From a phage, in the NCBI GenBank assembly GCA_008273105.1, contig GCA_008273105.1_4080.1: DNA of 64,000 nucleotides. One strand, written 5' to 3'. The translations under genes were made by a program, and so were the position numbers. Shown here piece after piece: positions 45,986 to 54,909 of this stretch. The notes beneath the pieces are model-generated. The model saw only the letters and a list, made by a program, of their open reading frames with translations, was not told the origin of the DNA and did no database searches. Numbering within the stretch: position 1 is the first letter of the stretch; each line of letters begins with the position of its first letter.

Positions 45986-46242
45986 GGGAATATCTCCAAC
46001 GGAATACTGGTAAATCCAAAATCAGTGTAGTACTGAACCTCAACTTTACCATCACGTCTAATGATTATATCAGAAAATTCTGCATGGTCATCACCAATAA
46101 TAACAGTACTGAATTTTTTTTTAATCTTACCACGAATCGTATGAATCATTTCAGTGCATGTGTCTTCTAGACTAGGGCTATCATTGTCGTGTGCTAAATC
46201 TTGAATAATCTTGTATGTTAGTAGGAAATCTTTATAATTCAT
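45976..46242 (-). CDS. small protein, paralog family B (88 aa)
   Basis: N-terminal YKDFLLTYKIIQDL. Confidence 0.5.
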   Translation of the reverse strand: MNYKDFLLTYKIIQDLAHDNDSPSLEDTCTEMIHTIRGKIKKKFSTVIIGDDHAEFSDIIIRRDGKVEVQYYTDFGFTSIPLEIFPWD

Positions 46243-46514
46243 ATGTCCACCAAATCTATACTATATCTTTCATTAGTATTACTATCTATAAATGATAGTA
46301 CTAATTTACCACCAAAACTATTAACTTGTTCTATCTTCTGTTTTTTACCACGAATGATTATCTCACTATTAACAAAATATTCACGTATCATTATTAAGTG
46401 ATTAATCCAGATAGTATGAGTGAATGTGTTTTCTCGTATTGTATTGAGATATCTTCCATTGTGATGTAAATCAAACAAAACACTGTATGTATATTGTAGA
46501 ACTTTATAATTCAT
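46239..46514 (-). CDS. small protein, paralog family B (91 aa)
   Basis: N-terminal YKVLQYTYSVLFDL. Confidence 0.5.
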   Translation of the reverse strand: MNYKVLQYTYSVLFDLHHNGRYLNTIRENTFTHTIWINHLIMIREYFVNSEIIIRGKKQKIEQVNSFGGKLVLSFIDSNTNERYSIDLVDI

Positions 46515-46524
46515 ATATCCCCTT

Positions 46525-46555
46525 ACAAAAATAGCCCGAACTTATGTCGGGCTAT
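46525..46555 (-). terminator. rho-independent terminator
   Basis: Minus-strand hairpin tagcccgacataagttcgggcta followed by TTTTTG. Confidence 0.5.
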
Positions 46556-46560
46556 GTACA

Positions 46561-47247
46561 TTATTCATCGTCGTCATCGTCATCTAGATCGATATAGATA
46601 CTATCATCACCATCATCAAAGTACTCCACAATAACTCCTGGAATATTAAGAGCAGTAAACATTGCATCATATTTCTCATCAGATGGAATCAAAACAAATT
46701 CATCAATGTTTTGAACTTCTGGCATTTTATCTTCGGGGATACCCATATCAACAAGTGACTGAATAATCTTTTCTTTGAATTCTAAAAACTTCTCTTCAGA
46801 TTCAAAATCCATAATAAGCTGTGCAACATATCCTTCATCGTTACCGAATGAAATTGACATTTGTGCATCAGTACCGACATAGCACCAAACACGTTTACCT
46901 GTGTGCTGCTCAATAAAGTTTTGAATCTGTAACACAATGTCATGGCGAGAACTGTTAGCAATGTTGTTAAGATTTTCTACACCAGCATTAATTCCAGTAC
47001 TGTCATTTGTTTCTTCAAATTCACCATAATCACCCAATACATACTGTACACCTTCATGATGTAATGCATATGCATAGTCAAGGTCAGCGAGTGAATCGCA
47101 CTTTCCACGGATCGGACGTAGGGAAAGACCTAAGCGAAGATAACGGAAGTATGTATTAGTATTTGTATTTGTCAACGTAATGCTCCTTAACAATATAAAA
47201 GTAGTTGCTGTTATTGTCAAAAAAGATAACCATCCCTTTATAGACAT
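46561..47247 (-). CDS. acidic protein with poly-Asp C-terminus (start uncertain)
   Basis: C-terminus EYFDDGDDSIYIDLDDDDDDE; 5' part overlaps ORF 47156..47455 so the true start is probably internal. Confidence 0.45.
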   Translation of the reverse strand: MSIKGWLSFLTITATTFILLRSITLTNTNTNTYFRYLRLGLSLRPIRGKCDSLADLDYAYALHHEGVQYVLGDYGEFEETNDSTGINAGVENLNNIANSSRHDIVLQIQNFIEQHTGKRVWCYVGTDAQMSISFGNDEGYVAQLIMDFESEEKFLEFKEKIIQSLVDMGIPEDKMPEVQNIDEFVLIPSDEKYDAMFTALNIPGVIVEYFDDGDDSIYIDLDDDDDDE

Positions 47248-47455
47248 TTACACCAATTTTGATTTCACATATGTTATTTGATTTACTCGCTTCAGTCAAT
47301 AACATTTTGTGCTCTTTACTGAAAGTGTGGAACAGTGGTTTGACATGCCACATTTCGATACCATCCAGTACTGAAAATTTTTCACTAAATTTAATCATTG
47401 ATTCTTGTAAAAAATATCCTGTAAGATTTATTTCATCACACATGCAAGTTTCCAA
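47156..47455 (-). CDS. hypothetical protein (99 aa)
   Basis: Track ORF. Confidence 0.4.
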   Translation of the reverse strand: METCMCDEINLTGYFLQESMIKFSEKFSVLDGIEMWHVKPLFHTFSKEHKMLLTEASKSNNICEIKIGVNVYKGMVIFFDNNSNYFYIVKEHYVDKYKY

Positions 47456-47729
47456 GAAAATTAATCACATCTGCATGTGATAATGTATCATTACCTTCTA
47501 GTACATTAATGATAAACGGCACTTGGCGATATAGTTCAGCCAGGAATTGTACCTCATCAGATGTGTAAGAATATCCCATAGGAACAACCTGTGCAGTCCA
47601 GTTTCCTAGAGTTTTGTTAGCAATAATTGCAACTACAGTATTACCTTTGTATTCAACATGGATGGAACGAAATCCTGATTGCTCATTTTGATCCCAAAGT
47701 ACTGGATTGGTTTTGAACAGTACTGACAT
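47436..47729 (-). CDS. hypothetical protein (97 aa)
   Basis: Track ORF. Confidence 0.45.
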   Translation of the reverse strand: MSVLFKTNPVLWDQNEQSGFRSIHVEYKGNTVVAIIANKTLGNWTAQVVPMGYSYTSDEVQFLAELYRQVPFIINVLEGNDTLSHADVINFLGNLHV

Positions 47730-47731
47730 AA

Positions 47732-48265
47732 TTATTTCCTCATGTATTTTATAACGTCTTCAAATAATTGTATTTTTAAGTCCTCGTCATTTCCAGGTAA
47801 AAACTCACGAAAACTATCAAAATCTTCATTTTTTGCGAAGTTACGCATTTGTGTTGAGCTATATTGACTTACATTACGGTCAATACCTGCCTGAATTGCT
47901 TTTATACTACAAAAATTATACAACTTACCATTGTACATGTCAAGAGTTTTTTGAAAAGAATCAATACGGTCAGAACCACAAATGAAAAGAACATCTAAGT
48001 ACTTTCCATCCAGTTCTCTCATTATATCAAATAGATTGTCTTCTGTGTAGATGTTCTCTTGCACTGAAGGATAGAATCCCTCTGTATAATACATTTTTAG
48101 TTCAGGTGGGAGTGGGTTTTTTATATTGTCAGTACTGGTGCTTAGATATATTTTTAAATCAGCATTGTACTGTTCTTGTAATGTTTTGGCCTTTTCAAAA
48201 ACTAAACCATGTCCACGATGTACAGGATTAATACGACCAAACGTTAATACACATGTTTCTTTCAT
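47732..48265 (-). CDS. NMN-adenylyltransferase-like nucleotidyltransferase (HxGH family)
   Basis: TFGRINPVHRGH resembles the GRFQPFHKGH active-site motif of NadM-type NMN adenylyltransferases; 177 aa. Confidence 0.55.
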   Translation of the reverse strand: MKETCVLTFGRINPVHRGHGLVFEKAKTLQEQYNADLKIYLSTSTDNIKNPLPPELKMYYTEGFYPSVQENIYTEDNLFDIMRELDGKYLDVLFICGSDRIDSFQKTLDMYNGKLYNFCSIKAIQAGIDRNVSQYSSTQMRNFAKNEDFDSFREFLPGNDEDLKIQLFEDVIKYMRK

Positions 48266-48783
48266 AGATTCTTCATCACCAATCCGAGAGATTTAAGATA
48301 ATTAATTTTAGCAGTAGTGAGGTACTTATCAAGGACTATAAGACACGAAGGAAATGGTGCTGAATCTGTTTTCTTATCAGGTTCTTCTGGAATACCAAAA
48401 CGTAATCTACCTTTGATAAAACAAATACAATCACATATTTTGGCTGCATATTCCTGAAATGCTATTGTATCAGTCCTGGATGGTACTAGAATCAGTACTG
48501 TAGCACCTTTATTATACGCATCTACTGCCTTGGCTAACCAAGTTTTTAAATCACTATATGGGGGATTTAACCAAACAATATTTTTTCCCCAGTCTTGTTC
48601 AAGAGAATTATCATCAGGTGTAAAATAGTTATCACACAATGCAGTCTCATCAACACAAGCAGCATCAAGTGTAAATCCCCATAACTCATCCAAATCTTCA
48701 AAGAAATCTTTGGGAGTTGTCCAGTTGTCCTTTCCAGTACTGAAATGTACTGAATGTTTTTTCGAAGCATCCTTCTTCGACAT
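48262..48783 (-). CDS. phage Dam-type DNA N6-adenine methyltransferase
   Basis: FSTGKDNWTTPKDFFEDL, FTLDAAC and VWLNPPYS (NPPY catalytic motif); about 173 aa. Confidence 0.75.
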   Translation of the reverse strand: MSKKDASKKHSVHFSTGKDNWTTPKDFFEDLDELWGFTLDAACVDETALCDNYFTPDDNSLEQDWGKNIVWLNPPYSDLKTWLAKAVDAYNKGATVLILVPSRTDTIAFQEYAAKICDCICFIKGRLRFGIPEEPDKKTDSAPFPSCLIVLDKYLTTAKINYLKSLGLVMKNL

Positions 48784-48799
48784 TATATAATTCCTTTTG

Positions 48800-49420
48800 T
48801 TAGAGACAGTTGTGTACTATCTTATCAAAAGTACTACTGTCAATGTTATATTCATATAAAAATTTAAAATGTGAACCGTAACGCATCATCAGATTAAACT
48901 CTTCTTCAGTATTGAACTTGTAATCATGAATAGTCTCAGGGGTACATTTTAAACCCAAGAATTCTATAATTTCAGATGTTACATCATATCCTGAATTGAA
49001 GTATTTAACCCAAACACATTTTCCTTGTGGGTTGTATTTTCTATATTCTCCTTCTAGTTCTCCTTTAATAATATGAGCCTTAACACTTATTGAATTATTA
49101 CTATATCTTTCTTCAAAATAATTACCATACTGGGCTTTTGATATTGTTGGTTTTTGAGTAGGAAGTAATTTAACTGAAGTCACTTCAATTCCATTTTGTA
49201 ATTCCTTTATATAAGAAATGCATCCTTTTTCTTTAATAACCACATATCCAGTAAAGATATCTTCGTCTTGTGATTGATTAATGCAATCATCAAAATTCAA
49301 AGTTTTATAAGTAACAGTTTTTTCTTTTCTAATAAATGCCATCATTATTCCTATGGAAACATCAATGAATATACGTGACGTTGATTGCATCAACATCAGT
49401 AGAATTATCATGCTACGCAT
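48800..49420 (-). CDS. hypothetical protein (206 aa or shorter)
   Basis: Track ORF; first about 25 residues probably read through non-coding sequence (internal MMAFIRKEK start likely). Confidence 0.45.
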   Translation of the reverse strand: MRSMIILLMLMQSTSRIFIDVSIGIMMAFIRKEKTVTYKTLNFDDCINQSQDEDIFTGYVVIKEKGCISYIKELQNGIEVTSVKLLPTQKPTISKAQYGNYFEERYSNNSISVKAHIIKGELEGEYRKYNPQGKCVWVKYFNSGYDVTSEIIEFLGLKCTPETIHDYKFNTEEEFNLMMRYGSHFKFLYEYNIDSSTFDKIVHNCL

Positions 49421-49439
49421 GTCTAATTCTACAAGTACT

Positions 49440-49955
49440 ATTTTCTTTTAATTAATATTGACGGGGTTTGCTTGAGCATATTTCATCCCCCCCGCAGGGG
49501 AAAGAACAAAAAAAATTTGACGCTGGTGGCCTTCACATAGTTCATATCACGAATTCTCTTACGAGACGAAAGCGGGTTGCTCTGTTTCTCTCTATCGCGG
49601 TTCTTGTAGCAACGGTCGTCGGTCTTAAACATCCCGACACATAATACAAATACCATATGACCAGTACTTGTATTTGATTTCACAAAATTTGGACGCAACT
49701 ATATTGTATAATTCCGACCGCATATTTCTTATGAAATCTCCCTTAGATAATTGGTAAGGTGCGATCCTTATATGTCTATCGAGGAACTCTCTTTATCCTA
49801 TTGGAGTTCTTTATACAGCCGCATTGCCGTGAGTGGTTCAAACTATGCCATCATCTAACGGGTTTCATCTGCTGTTCGTACTGAAAGGACTACTCATCTA
49901 CCCTCTACATTTTCGAGTGGATTAGGCTTTTAATCATTTCCTTATGGGAACCTTT
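49440..49955. other. ORF-free, GC-enriched intergenic island (candidate structured RNA or regulatory region)
   Basis: About 520 nt with no credible ORF on either strand; about 42 percent GC by hand count versus a visibly AT-richer surrounding genome; several GC-rich stem-capable segments. Confidence 0.35.
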
Positions 49956-49962
49956 CAGGATT

Positions 49963-49997
49963 AAAAAAAGGTGACTAACATATTATGTTGTCACCTT
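49963..49997 (-). terminator. rho-independent terminator
   Basis: Minus-strand hairpin ggtgacaacataatatgttagtcacc followed by TTTTTTT, just after the stop of the 50026..50880 gene. Confidence 0.55.
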
Positions 49998-50025
49998 ATA
50001 TTATATCATTAACTTATCATTTGTC

Positions 50026-50880
50026 TCAGTTATATTCGGTTTTTTCTGTGAAATTTGTTAGTATATCAACACTAAAACTTCGAATAACCTCAATCTTGCT
50101 TGGCATGAAACGGTGTTTATTTTTAATATACAACTCATCATCTTCAATAAAAGATGTAAAAATGAATGCCATATCTTCACGTGGAATTTGTAAAATATCA
50201 CACATTTCATTTGCCGATGCTACTGGTGAATCATTATAGTACTGAGAGTATGCACTAGATTGGCGACCGATTATAATAGAATTTCTGATTAGAAAATTAC
50301 TACAGTACTGAAAATCTTTGTAGTACTTTTCAATAATGTACGGCATAAGTGCTTCTTTCACGTCTTCATAACCATTAGTACTATCAATTGCTATACAGTA
50401 ATCTTCACGTTCTTTTTTCTCATGATGGTAATCATAAACATACTCAAAGAATGAATTTTTATTTAATGAATCATTTAAACCAACTGACCCACTATAGTAT
50501 GATTTTCTATCATTCATTCGATCATCTGGGCATGATGCATACATAGAAGTGTCATGTGATGATGTACCAATATAAATTTTCTTAGTAATATGATTATACG
50601 CTATGTAATCATAATCTTGAACTCCAGTCAGCATTAACTGGAACATTAAATCATCAGGAACATCAATTAACGGGTACTCAAACTTCGAATATCTACTGCG
50701 GCAGAAGTTCTTTTCAAATGCTCGGTATGCGATAAAATCTTTTAGATTTTTACAAGATTCATGTTCATGAGCACTACTGCTACGTACATTGACATTAGTC
50801 GATGTGCAATATCCATCCGAATCTTCGGTGAAGTTACCAGCATAATCCTTATTGTAGTCAACGATTAGATAAAGTTTCAT
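50026..50880 (-). CDS. hypothetical protein with FQ-motif (about 284 aa)
   Basis: Track ORF begins at a TTG inside the upstream terminator; ATG at about 50880 (MKLYLIVDY) with GGAG RBS is more plausible; contains DDLMFQLMLTG. Confidence 0.5.
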   Translation of the reverse strand: MKLYLIVDYNKDYAGNFTEDSDGYCTSTNVNVRSSSAHEHESCKNLKDFIAYRAFEKNFCRSRYSKFEYPLIDVPDDLMFQLMLTGVQDYDYIAYNHITKKIYIGTSSHDTSMYASCPDDRMNDRKSYYSGSVGLNDSLNKNSFFEYVYDYHHEKKEREDYCIAIDSTNGYEDVKEALMPYIIEKYYKDFQYCSNFLIRNSIIIGRQSSAYSQYYNDSPVASANEMCDILQIPREDMAFIFTSFIEDDELYIKNKHRFMPSKIEVIRSFSVDILTNFTEKTEYN

Positions 50881-50891
50881 ACATCTCCAGA

Positions 50892-50923
50892 CAAAAAAAG
50901 GACGAGATAACAAATCCCGTCCT
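50892..50923 (-). terminator. rho-independent terminator
   Basis: Minus-strand hairpin ggacgggatttgttatctcgtcc followed by TTTTTTTG. Confidence 0.5.
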
Positions 50924-50931
50924 TTGGTTTA

Positions 50932-51237
50932 TTAGTGACTTGCCCAGCAGTAAACAGGACGTAGATTTTCCATTGGATTTACTTCAGGCTTCAGTACTGT
51001 TACACGTACTTCATATGGAGTTCCATCTGCGTGATGGAATGTTTCATAATGAATACTTTCAATAAATGTTTCGTATTCTTCTTGTGAACGTGAACGTACT
51101 GATGATGAATATTTCTTTTTAGAATCTGCTTTAAGTGTAACACTAACTAGTTCTGATTCCTCACCTTCTTCAAGTTTGTTGAAATCGAACTCTGGTACAC
51201 CTTCAAACATATCAAATTTCATTCCATTGTCTTCCAT
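50932..51237 (-). CDS. hypothetical protein (101 aa)
   Basis: Track ORF. Confidence 0.5.
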   Translation of the reverse strand: MEDNGMKFDMFEGVPEFDFNKLEEGEESELVSVTLKADSKKKYSSSVRSRSQEEYETFIESIHYETFHHADGTPYEVRVTVLKPEVNPMENLRPVYCWASH

Positions 51238-51286
51238 TTTTAAATTCCTTTTATATAATGTTAATTAGATATTTTTAATAAGCAGA

Positions 51287-51673
51287 TTAGATTGTGTCAT
51301 ACTGTAGTGTTCCGTGACGGAATTTTTCAAGTCGTGCTAGAACTTCTTTTCGTTCAACAATTTCTGGAACATCTTCTTGTAGTTGATCACAAACTTCAAC
51401 AATGAAGTCCCAATCACTCTCACAACTTTGTCGTACCGCCTCAATTGTTTTCCAATCAGTACTGATATCACCATCAGCATTTTGATATACAGGCCAAACT
51501 TTTCCATAATCAGCAATGGATTTGTCATTTAGAATACGAATGGCATTGAAAATCTGACCAGTACTGAAGTGTTTTGTATTCTTCATATCTTCTAAACAGC
51601 ATAGCTTTGGTTCACCTTTTACTTCAATGAGTAAAACACCACCAATTGCTTTTAGGATTGAACTTGTATTCAT
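51287..51673 (-). CDS. hypothetical protein (128 aa)
   Basis: Track ORF. Confidence 0.5.
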   Translation of the reverse strand: MNTSSILKAIGGVLLIEVKGEPKLCCLEDMKNTKHFSTGQIFNAIRILNDKSIADYGKVWPVYQNADGDISTDWKTIEAVRQSCESDWDFIVEVCDQLQEDVPEIVERKEVLARLEKFRHGTLQYDTI

Positions 51674-51744
51674 CTATATCTCCGTTATCAAAAAAAGATG
51701 TGAACATTATATCACAAGAATCTAATATGTTCACATTATTTTCA

Positions 51745-52038
51745 TTAGATTTTAATAATATTGTACCAGTTATCAAAATCCTCAATTGCTAGAATGAACA
51801 TATTTTCATCATTGAAATCTAAAATATGTTCATTGTATAGGTAACTAATGTACTTGTTTTTGCATAGTCTAGCATTCATTAGTAACATTTCTACTGCACG
51901 TTCATAAGAACAAGGAACAAGGTATAACTTAGTACCATCTTGGTGAATAATTTCCTCAGCACCATGTGGTATAAAACGTTCTGCTGTATGTGGAATATAC
52001 GGCTTAGTTTTAAAAATAATTTTGAATTTAGTATCCAT
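51745..52038 (-). CDS. hypothetical protein (97 aa)
   Basis: Track ORF. Confidence 0.45.
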   Translation of the reverse strand: MDTKFKIIFKTKPYIPHTAERFIPHGAEEIIHQDGTKLYLVPCSYERAVEMLLMNARLCKNKYISYLYNEHILDFNDENMFILAIEDFDNWYNIIKI

Positions 52039-52054
52039 ACCAAATCCTCCAGAT

Positions 52055-52903
52055 TTATAATGTTTCTTTTATGTTATGTAACATAGTATTAACTATGTTC
52101 ATCTTCCCGCCTAACTTGAAGTAATATTCCAATTTATTAATAATATTACTTTTTAATATCTCAAATATTTGATATTCATTTGTTTCGAAACTAAGTTCGA
52201 ATTGGAAAGTATATAAATTGTTGAATAGATGTACCAACGATGCATCAGGTGATTCCATTGTAAATGTGTAGTTGGCACGATAACCAGTACTAATCACCAC
52301 TTCCGATGATTCACCTTTCATGGATATGTCAATATTATACATCATTGGGCGACCAGTTGCAATATCTTTCATTCGGAAGAATGCAGTACTACGATACACA
52401 ACACCATCTTCTGTAACCTTTTCTTGTATAGTGATATTTGAAACTTCACTCTCTTTGAATTTGGATTCGAATGAATGAATACGATTTGATTTTTCATCAT
52501 CCGTATACATAGTGCATGTATATTTTCCAAAATCATCACTAGATGTATATGATTTATCGCTGGCGGTTTTATAAAACGAAACCCCATTGATGTGTTCTTC
52601 TTTGTACATCATTGTGTCATTGGATTTGTAGTATGAACAATTAGGTGTTGAAAGAGATTCAAAATTGTTCACATCATGACAGTAAGAAATAGAAGAATCG
52701 CTATACAGTACTACATCACGAATTGCAACTTCTTTTGAAGTACCTTTTTTGACAGAAATTTGAAAGTCATTGCATGGGAAGATTCTATATCCATCGTATG
52801 TATCTGATGTACTGATACCAAATGGTGTTGGGGAATTCAGAAATTCGTTGATATGTTCAAGTACTGAATACTTTTTGAAATTACGAAAATCTGTTGTATC
52901 CAT
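52055..52903 (-). CDS. hypothetical protein (282 aa)
   Basis: Track ORF. Confidence 0.5.
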   Translation of the reverse strand: MDTTDFRNFKKYSVLEHINEFLNSPTPFGISTSDTYDGYRIFPCNDFQISVKKGTSKEVAIRDVVLYSDSSISYCHDVNNFESLSTPNCSYYKSNDTMMYKEEHINGVSFYKTASDKSYTSSDDFGKYTCTMYTDDEKSNRIHSFESKFKESEVSNITIQEKVTEDGVVYRSTAFFRMKDIATGRPMMYNIDISMKGESSEVVISTGYRANYTFTMESPDASLVHLFNNLYTFQFELSFETNEYQIFEILKSNIINKLEYYFKLGGKMNIVNTMLHNIKETL

Positions 52904-52936
52904 AGTAATACAATCTCCTAAATTTCGGACAAAAAA

Positions 52937-53069
52937 TTAGTCGAGAATAAATCTCGACTTGTGTTTTACTTTACCATTCTTCATTGCTTTTTTACGGTCC
53001 ACATGTGTCTGAGGCTTGTTAAACTCATTCATGTGTTTCTGTACGAAATTGTTTACTTTCTTAGCCATA
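52937..53069 (-). CDS. small basic protein (about 43 aa) with terminator hairpin in its 3' end
   Basis: Hand-translated MAKKVNNFVQKHMNEFNKPQTHVDRKKAMKNGKVKHKSRFILD; hairpin agtcgagatttattctcgact plus T-run overlaps the last codons. Confidence 0.3.
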
Positions 53070-53070
53070 C

Positions 53071-53544
53071 TTACTCCAAACTGGGATCTTTAACTGTTAG
53101 ACTTTCTATGTCACTCGCATAAAGAACTACATTGGATTGATTTTCAGACACTTTAAAGTCGTGATAACTGTCTTTGACGATAAAATTATCTAATATAAAC
53201 CCTTTACTACAGCACATCATAATTTTATCATCTTTGATTGTGTAGGTGTTTTTCTTTTTACGTACTTCAGATTGTGGCGTAATACTATCGTTATTACGAA
53301 TAACACAATCAATATATTGTTCATTTGTACTCATAGGCATACCCATGATAAACGAGTTTTCAGTACTGATTGTTAGTATAAAAACGTTAGTATTTGGGTT
53401 GTGAAAAAAATCATGCATTGTCTTGCTACACAAAAATAGACATTGAATAATGTCCTTCACATTAAACATTATATCATGAACTTTGAATGCGTCCAACTCT
53501 AAAATGTCATCAATTTTCCCATTTTCAACAGTTTTAATCTCCAT
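53071..53544 (-). CDS. hypothetical protein (157 aa)
   Basis: Track ORF. Confidence 0.5.
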   Translation of the reverse strand: MEIKTVENGKIDDILELDAFKVHDIMFNVKDIIQCLFLCSKTMHDFFHNPNTNVFILTISTENSFIMGMPMSTNEQYIDCVIRNNDSITPQSEVRKKKNTYTIKDDKIMMCCSKGFILDNFIVKDSYHDFKVSENQSNVVLYASDIESLTVKDPSLE

Positions 53545-53586
53545 GATCTATCCTTGATCTTCTAATGCACTCCATGTGCGTTTTTA

Positions 53587-54084
53587 TTAAGTCACTGCAT
53601 TATACTTCTCTATAGCATTAGTAATATTTAATATAGCTTCAGGAACCATTTCTTTATTGTATTCACGTTTTAAATTTTCCATTTTCTTAATAATTTCCAA
53701 GAAAAATGGCAAAATACATGAAGTATCTGTAAAATTACATGAGTACAAAGTACTCATTTGAAATAATTCACCTGAATCAATATTAAGAGATTTGTATTCC
53801 TTAACAATGTTTTCGTTTGTATTGAAAATATGAAATACTGTTCCCATGTGATGAAGATATACACCATTCTCATTTTGAATATGGCATGGTGTGATTACAA
53901 TAGCAGTGTTGTCAATATTATTTACTATTGATAAACGTAGACTATGTAAACCTAAAATAACAGTACAATCACTTGAACTGCTTTGAATTTGGTCAGCAGT
54001 TTGTGTAACACTTGTAATATTTTCCCCATCAAGACAACTCTTGATTTTATCAAATGAATTTTTCATTGATTTAGTTAGATACAT
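53587..54084 (-). CDS. FQ-motif family protein (165 aa)
   Basis: Contains GELFQMSTLY. Confidence 0.5.
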   Translation of the reverse strand: MYLTKSMKNSFDKIKSCLDGENITSVTQTADQIQSSSSDCTVILGLHSLRLSIVNNIDNTAIVITPCHIQNENGVYLHHMGTVFHIFNTNENIVKEYKSLNIDSGELFQMSTLYSCNFTDTSCILPFFLEIIKKMENLKREYNKEMVPEAILNITNAIEKYNAVT

Positions 54085-54488
54085 TTATGAACACCTTCGA
54101 AATATTTGATTAATGATTTTATCATATCGCTACTAATGCCATGTAAGTCAACACCTAAACACTCGTATTGAAAAAAATCAATATCCTCCAGTGTGTTTAG
54201 ATCAATTTCCACCTTATCATGACCCAACGAATTCATAATAACGTTTTTATCATTAATTGTCAAGAAAGTTTTTTTATCTGAACCTAAAAAGATTTTTACA
54301 TGTTTTTTTGGCATTACATCATAAGATAAAGATTGTGAACCATAAATGTATATGCCTTCCATTGAACCAATATCTATAAAATATAGACGAATCCCTTTGT
54401 GGTATTTTGACTCCTTAGTGATCGCCTCTATTAGTTCATCTGTGGTTGTTAACCTTGTTTCTTTCTTCTCTAAATTGCTCAAATGCAT
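54075..54488 (-). CDS. hypothetical protein, possible diverged FQ-motif member (137 aa)
   Basis: Contains DFFQYECLG. Confidence 0.45.
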   Translation of the reverse strand: MHLSNLEKKETRLTTTDELIEAITKESKYHKGIRLYFIDIGSMEGIYIYGSQSLSYDVMPKKHVKIFLGSDKKTFLTINDKNVIMNSLGHDKVEIDLNTLEDIDFFQYECLGVDLHGISSDMIKSLIKYFEGVHKCI

Positions 54489-54909
54489 AAAATAATACCT
54501 TGATCATTTGTAATGTTTCCGACATTACATCAGCAGAAAATTGAACATCAGTGTATTTTACCATAGTACTTTGAGTAAAGAAAGTAGCTTCAATATCTTC
54601 AAGGTCAAATGGCTCATCAAATAAATTAGTACTGAACATATCAGTTTTTTTCTTATAAGTCAACATAAACTTAGCACTGTATCTCAATACAATTTCATCT
54701 TTACTTACTAAAATTCGTGCAATGTTCTGTCTACCCAGTGTTGTAATGTTAACATTAAACGTATTCTTTCGTGCCTCAACAATATCAACGAAATAACCAT
54801 CACCTTGGTAAACGTTATGACGAACTTCTAATCCTTGTTGAACTGTATTGAACAGTGCGTCCTGGATAAAATAATTTGCAGTATCGATGTTTCCTAAAAT
54901 ATCTAACAT
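54436..54909 (-). CDS. hypothetical protein (157 aa)
   Basis: Track ORF. Confidence 0.45.
   Translation of the reverse strand: MLDILGNIDTANYFIQDALFNTVQQGLEVRHNVYQGDGYFVDIVEARKNTFNVNITTLGRQNIARILVSKDEIVLRYSAKFMLTYKKKTDMFSTNLFDEPFDLEDIEATFFTQSTMVKYTDVQFSADVMSETLQMIKVLFYAFEQFREERNKVNNHR

Noticed and set aside
48567-48770. 67-aa same-strand ORF embedded in the Dam methyltransferase gene
   Set aside because: Alternative frame within a motif-supported CDS. Same reasoning for 30129..30338, 38054..38308, 38336..38539, 41520..41789, 51337..51528, 52369..52587, 57196..57384 and 62700..62981.
49483-49698. 71-aa ORF inside the GC-rich intergenic island
   Set aside because: Low-complexity translation, no RBS, and it lies in a region that looks non-coding; treated as part of the non-coding island.
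49440-49960. Possible tRNA genes in the non-coding island
   Set aside because: Neither strand showed a canonical T-arm (GTTCRANYC with a 5-bp stem) or a complete cloverleaf; a D-arm-like segment (ccttagataattggtaagg) lacked a compatible anticodon arm. A covariance-model scan would be needed to be sure.
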